DNA of 64,000 nucleotides from Escherichia coli. Lineage in GTDB: Bacteria; Pseudomonadota; Gammaproteobacteria; Enterobacterales; Enterobacteriaceae. The position numbers and the translations under genes were made by a program. Where the stretch lies: the NCBI RefSeq assembly GCF_044324875.1, contig NZ_CP172185.1, one strand, 5' to 3'. The first letter of the stretch is position 1, and the number at the start of each line of letters is the position of its first letter. The notes beneath the pieces are model-generated. The model was not told the origin of the DNA and did no database searches. It was given only the letters and a program-made list of their open reading frames with translations. This document shows positions 60,478 through 64,000 of this stretch, in pieces.

Positions 60478-60888
60478 TCAGAAGGGTATATCATCTCCGT
60501 AGGGGCCATCGCCTCCCGCTGGTGGCTTATTCCCCTGTGCGCCTGTGGTTTTGCGTGTTTTTCCGCCCGGTCGCACTGTCCGCGCACTGATTACGCTGTC
60601 TGCGATAACCTGCCAGCCCTGCCGCGTTTCCCCGTTCTGTCCGGTCCACTGGCTGACCTGCATGTTACCCGCCACGCTCAGGAGTTCACCCTTGCGGTGC
60701 TTTGCCAGTGCTTCGGCCTGTCTGCCAAACGCCAGCACAGATAACCACATCGTCGCCGTTCCGTCATCTGCCTGGCTGCACGGAAGGGGGACCGCCATAC
60801 TCGCCATCGCCATTTGTGTCCCCTTGCTGGTGGTCTTTAACTGCGGGTCAGCCACCAGCCGCCCGTAAGCCGCTATCTGTGCTGTCAT
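60478..60888 (-). CDS. ssb: Single-stranded DNA-binding protein
   Basis: 136 aa, OB-fold N-terminus, Gly/Pro-rich linker, acidic tip DDIPF. Confidence 0.85.
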   Translation of the reverse strand: MTAQIAAYGRLVADPQLKTTSKGTQMAMASMAVPLPCSQADDGTATMWLSVLAFGRQAEALAKHRKGELLSVAGNMQVSQWTGQNGETRQGWQVIADSVISARTVRPGGKTRKTTGAQGNKPPAGGDGPYGDDIPF

Positions 60889-61142
60889 GATTCCACCTCA
60901 CTGGTTTTAACGTTGATGGTTGTTACCTGTTCCGCTTCGGCAATCTCCCGTTGTGTCAGCGTGGCAAAGTTTGCCGCCGCTGTGGTCATGAATGCGCTAA
61001 TCAGTTCGGGATGCGCTTTCGCGTATCCTTCTCCCGCGTTGCGGTCGATGATTTTTATCGCCACCCTCAGCCAGTGCTCTGTAAGGTCAATGGCGCGGTT
61101 ATGTGATTTCTTCTGATTGTTAAATTTTTCTGATGTGTGCAT
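60885..61142 (-). CDS. Hypothetical protein
   Basis: 85-aa ORF coupled to ssb. Confidence 0.4.
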   Translation of the reverse strand: MHTSEKFNNQKKSHNRAIDLTEHWLRVAIKIIDRNAGEGYAKAHPELISAFMTTAAANFATLTQREIAEAEQVTTINVKTSEVES

Positions 61143-61190
61143 TTTTATTTTTACCCTCGTGTTTAAAAAGTTTTGTGTTGTGGTGCACCT

Positions 61191-61416
61191 CCTCTACCTC
61201 TCTACACAATCATCTTTCAGGTCAGTAATGGCGCGGCTTTCAGCGGGGTAGAGGGCTTTTTTGGCCCTCTACCTGCCATCTACCACCCCCTCACAAATGC
61301 CCTGAATTATGGTAGAGGGTGTAGAGGGCTTTTAAGTACCTTCTACCTGCCATCTACCCAATCTATCAACATGAAATATATGTAATTATTTTCTTAAGGT
61401 AGAAGGGGTAGAGGGC
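61191..61416. repeat. Iteron cluster, probable satellite replication origin
   Basis: At least 11 copies of GGTAGAGGG(C) or close variants in both orientations (forward 61247, 61311, 61320, 61398, 61407; reverse 61191, 61199, 61264, 61277, 61339, 61350), plus an AT-rich stretch at 61367-61397. Confidence 0.7.
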
Positions 61417-61428
61417 TTTTGTCTAAAA

Positions 61429-63177
61429 CTATAAAAACGCGTCGCAGTCGTCTGTTGTTGTCACGTTGGTTTGCGTAACCCCTTTAATCCTGCGCGTTAT
61501 ATATTCATGTCCGTAAACTTTCGCCGCTGGCTTCATGGCCTTGCTGAACTCAGCCACGTTCAGCGGTTTGCTCCTGCCTGCGTATGCCATAAACGCCAGA
61601 TAGACGCGGTACAGGCTGTTTCTGGTCGTGTACTTCACGGAATCGCCACCGCCACCCATCATCAGGCCACGTGCTTCCTCCAGAAAATTCAGGAACTGGC
61701 AAAACTCAATAACCGGATCCGTTTGCTGCTTTATCGCCAGTGCTTCATCACCGTCACGCTGTTCCAGTAGTAAAGCCCGCGCCTTTTCAGGGTCTGCAAA
61801 GTTCGCCAGTAATCGGCGGATAATGACGGGGATTTCAGCCGCAATCCTTTCCGGTAGCTCCCTGTCTTTTTCAGCCTCACTGACGATATTGTCGAAACGA
61901 AAAATCACGCGACGACGTGCCACACCTCCGGCCCGTTCGGTGAATATCATCGGGTTATTGTTGGTCGCCAGCACCACCGCCCTGATTACAGCCGTGAAAC
62001 GCTTTTCGTATTTCGGGTTAATTTCCACGGGGTCACCGCCCGTGATTTTCTTGATGCCCGTTCCTTCGCCTGTATATTTCGGCTGGTCTGCCAGGACGAT
62101 AAGACGACTCCCGACAACCTGCGCACGCCCACCAGCATCATCAAGCGATGTCATCTCAGCACTTACCGTGTTCTGTTTCCCTGCCAGAAGGCTGGCTATG
62201 TGTGTGAATGTACTTTTACCGCTCCCGCCGTCTCCGGTGGCCTCAATAAACATCTGCCAGTCGTACCGGTTCGCCATAATCATGTACAGCGCGGCACATA
62301 TACGCATCATCTTGCGCGGGTCTTTTCCGGCTGCGTGCTCAAGCCATTTATGAAAGTTTGGCGCGTTATCGCGGATGTTCTCCCCAGGTGCTGGTGGCGT
62401 GTACTCAATGCCGTTGTGCGTGGTGATCCAGTTCTCCGGCGTGTGCGGGGAAAATTCCCCCGTTTTCAGGTCAAGCGCACCATTGGCGAACGGCAGCAAA
62501 TCGCCGGACGGCTCGCCCATTGGTTCGGCAATAACTTTTAACGCTTCCACGGCGTTACTGATTACGCGCTTGCTGAAAGTGGCCCTGTGCTCTGAATAGA
62601 TCGCCACCATTTCGCGGCTCAGTTCCATTGTGCTGACCGGACACCATACCCCGCCGCGCCATACGTGAACGATTTCACTTTCCGGATGCACACAAACGCC
62701 ATCAAATCGACCAGCAAGCATCTGTGCGCGCTCACTGTCTGCCATTTGTGCCAGTTGCGTATTTTTCTGCTCCGGCATGGTAAGCCCTGCAGCAATATTT
62801 TCACGCTCAGCATTCAGATAACGCCGCCAGTTTTCACACTTCTGACCGTGCATTCCTTCGGGGTAAAAATTTGCGTCCTGTACGCCAGCCGCCGCCAGCT
62901 TCTGACCAATCGCCTTTATCATTACTGGCGCAAGATATCCGGCCCTGAATATACGCACGGATTTTCTGCCTTCCGGCACAATTTGCAGCTTATCCAGTTC
63001 GGATAACTGCTGCTCCCCAAGCCACACAGGAGGCTCATTATCTCCGGCCATACGCGCGTCATGTTCCTGCCATTGTTTCGCGTGTGCCCAGGCATCACTA
63101 CCCGCAAAAATAATGACTTCAGTTCCTTTGTGTTTTATGCCGCGTGACTGCAGTTTTACGTTCGGTGCCAGTTTCAT
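61429..63177 (-). CDS. Primase-helicase (P4 alpha / D5-type, SF3 helicase C-terminal domain)
   Basis: 582 aa, Walker A GDGGSGKST, Walker B-like LIVLADQP, N-terminal primase-like region. Confidence 0.8.
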   Translation of the reverse strand: MKLAPNVKLQSRGIKHKGTEVIIFAGSDAWAHAKQWQEHDARMAGDNEPPVWLGEQQLSELDKLQIVPEGRKSVRIFRAGYLAPVMIKAIGQKLAAAGVQDANFYPEGMHGQKCENWRRYLNAERENIAAGLTMPEQKNTQLAQMADSERAQMLAGRFDGVCVHPESEIVHVWRGGVWCPVSTMELSREMVAIYSEHRATFSKRVISNAVEALKVIAEPMGEPSGDLLPFANGALDLKTGEFSPHTPENWITTHNGIEYTPPAPGENIRDNAPNFHKWLEHAAGKDPRKMMRICAALYMIMANRYDWQMFIEATGDGGSGKSTFTHIASLLAGKQNTVSAEMTSLDDAGGRAQVVGSRLIVLADQPKYTGEGTGIKKITGGDPVEINPKYEKRFTAVIRAVVLATNNNPMIFTERAGGVARRRVIFRFDNIVSEAEKDRELPERIAAEIPVIIRRLLANFADPEKARALLLEQRDGDEALAIKQQTDPVIEFCQFLNFLEEARGLMMGGGGDSVKYTTRNSLYRVYLAFMAYAGRSKPLNVAEFSKAMKPAAKVYGHEYITRRIKGVTQTNVTTTDDCDAFL

Positions 63178-63473
63178 TTTTTACCCCTGAATCCGTTAAT
63201 CATGGTTTTCATCTTCTGAATATTGGCGCGTGCTTTCTCCCTGCTGGTGGGCACGTTACGCGGTACGGCCTGCACAAGAGAAAAATCACGCACAAACTGA
63301 TAAACAGGCATCACGCAATCATATTCGTAACCTTCATGGCGGTAGGTGATGCGCCGTTCTGCCACGCCTTTAATCGTTACCGTACCGCCGTAGTTATCAC
63401 GGAAAATATAGCCGGGACGGATTTCAGGCCGAGCGAGGCCGCTGGCAGTAAAGCCAGAATTTTTCTTTTTCAT
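63174..63473 (-). CDS. Hypothetical protein
   Basis: 99-aa ORF overlapping the primase start. Confidence 0.4.
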   Translation of the reverse strand: MKKKNSGFTASGLARPEIRPGYIFRDNYGGTVTIKGVAERRITYRHEGYEYDCVMPVYQFVRDFSLVQAVPRNVPTSREKARANIQKMKTMINGFRGKK

Positions 63474-63503
63474 GGTTTTATTTTCCTGTCAGTGATTCCG
63501 GCT

Positions 63504-63677
63504 TTATTCCGGCGCGAATACAGGCTTCAGAAAAAAAGCCAGAGAACCAATAACCTCATTATTTCTAAGGCGGCATTGCGATTTCACTTTCCCTTTATCC
63601 AGAAATATCAAAACGCGCCCCGTATAATCAGATGGCACATTAAGCACTACAGGTAAGTGCGCTTCATGATTATTCAT
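63504..63677 (-). CDS. Hypothetical small protein
   Basis: 57 aa from ATG 63677 (GAGGTGG RBS), overlapping the upstream stop. Confidence 0.35.
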   Translation of the reverse strand: MNNHEAHLPVVLNVPSDYTGRVLIFLDKGKVKSQCRLRNNEVIGSLAFFLKPVFAPE

Positions 63678-63987
63678 GGCTAACCACCTCCTGGAATTTT
63701 CTTCTGTAACGCGCCTCTGCCACATATTCAGCATAGTCCGACGCAATATTGAGAATATCGCTACCCGTTCCTGAATGTTCGGCGGTTTCCAGTAAAAAAC
63801 ATGCAGCTTTTACCATGTCAGCAACACATAACAGCGCAATATCTGTATCTTCCGGTGTGCCATCAAATTCCTGTTTCAGGGCATTAAAACGATCATCACG
63901 CATAACCCCATATTCACAATCAGCAATCAGGATGGCTTTGGCCTCATTCAGTGCCATATTAGCGGTAAGCTGTGCGTAGGCCAGCAA
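63670..63987 (-). CDS. Hypothetical protein
   Basis: 105-aa ORF in the operon direction. Confidence 0.4.
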   Translation of the reverse strand: MLAYAQLTANMALNEAKAILIADCEYGVMRDDRFNALKQEFDGTPEDTDIALLCVADMVKAACFLLETAEHSGTGSDILNIASDYAEYVAEARYRRKFQEVVSHE

Positions 63988-64000
63988 ATGCGGGATTATT

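Larger units (their letters stand above)
58029..64000 (-). mobile_element. Phage satellite / PICI-like island, distal part (continues beyond right edge)
   Basis: Leftward operon of primase-helicase, iteron origin, SSB, PerC-like, ProQ/FinO-like, lambda-type cos and Nu1-like TerS. No capsid, tail or TerL genes. Confidence 0.7.

Noticed and set aside
58029-64000. Calling the right-hand element a P4 satellite matched to the P2-like prophage
   Set aside because: Only the primase-helicase is P4-like. There are no sid, psu, delta or P2-type cos sequences; instead lambda cosN and a Nu1 homologue are present.

Overview
The window is an Escherichia coli-type chromosome segment. A conserved core (39.1-57.1 kb: serS, rarA, lolA, ftsK, lrp, trxB, cydDC, aat, infA, serW, clpA, clpS, reversed relative to K-12 as I remember it) is flanked by two mobile elements.

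(1) Positions 1 to about 35.5 kb hold a nearly complete P2-family prophage, from the int N-terminus at the left edge to ogr. It has three unusual features:
- an IS21-family element (6-bp target duplication) splits a gene in the accessory region between gene A and cos;
- a 2-TM membrane protein is encoded antisense inside the early operon;
- the FI-FII-E-T-U tail block is inverted relative to canonical P2 order.

(2) Positions 35.4-39.1 kb, between ogr and serS, hold a modular repeat region that the ORF track does not explain. It contains:
- eight copies of one terminator hairpin;
- five ~95-nt promoter-to-terminator units that look like sRNA genes;
- one intact and two decayed copies of a 71-aa gene with a palindromic operator;
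- one intact and one decayed hok/mok-type type I toxin locus.
This is my best candidate for something undescribed.

(3) Positions 58.0-64.0 kb hold the end of a phage satellite or PICI-like island. It carries a P4-alpha-type primase-helicase, an iteron origin, SSB, a ProQ/FinO-domain protein, a lambda Nu1-like small terminase and a 16-nt match to lambda cosN. It has no large terminase.

Between serW and clpA there is an orphan two-repeat type I-F CRISPR and a duplicated serW 3' end.

All calls come from reading translations and motifs from memory. No database search was run, and boundaries of non-coding features are approximate.
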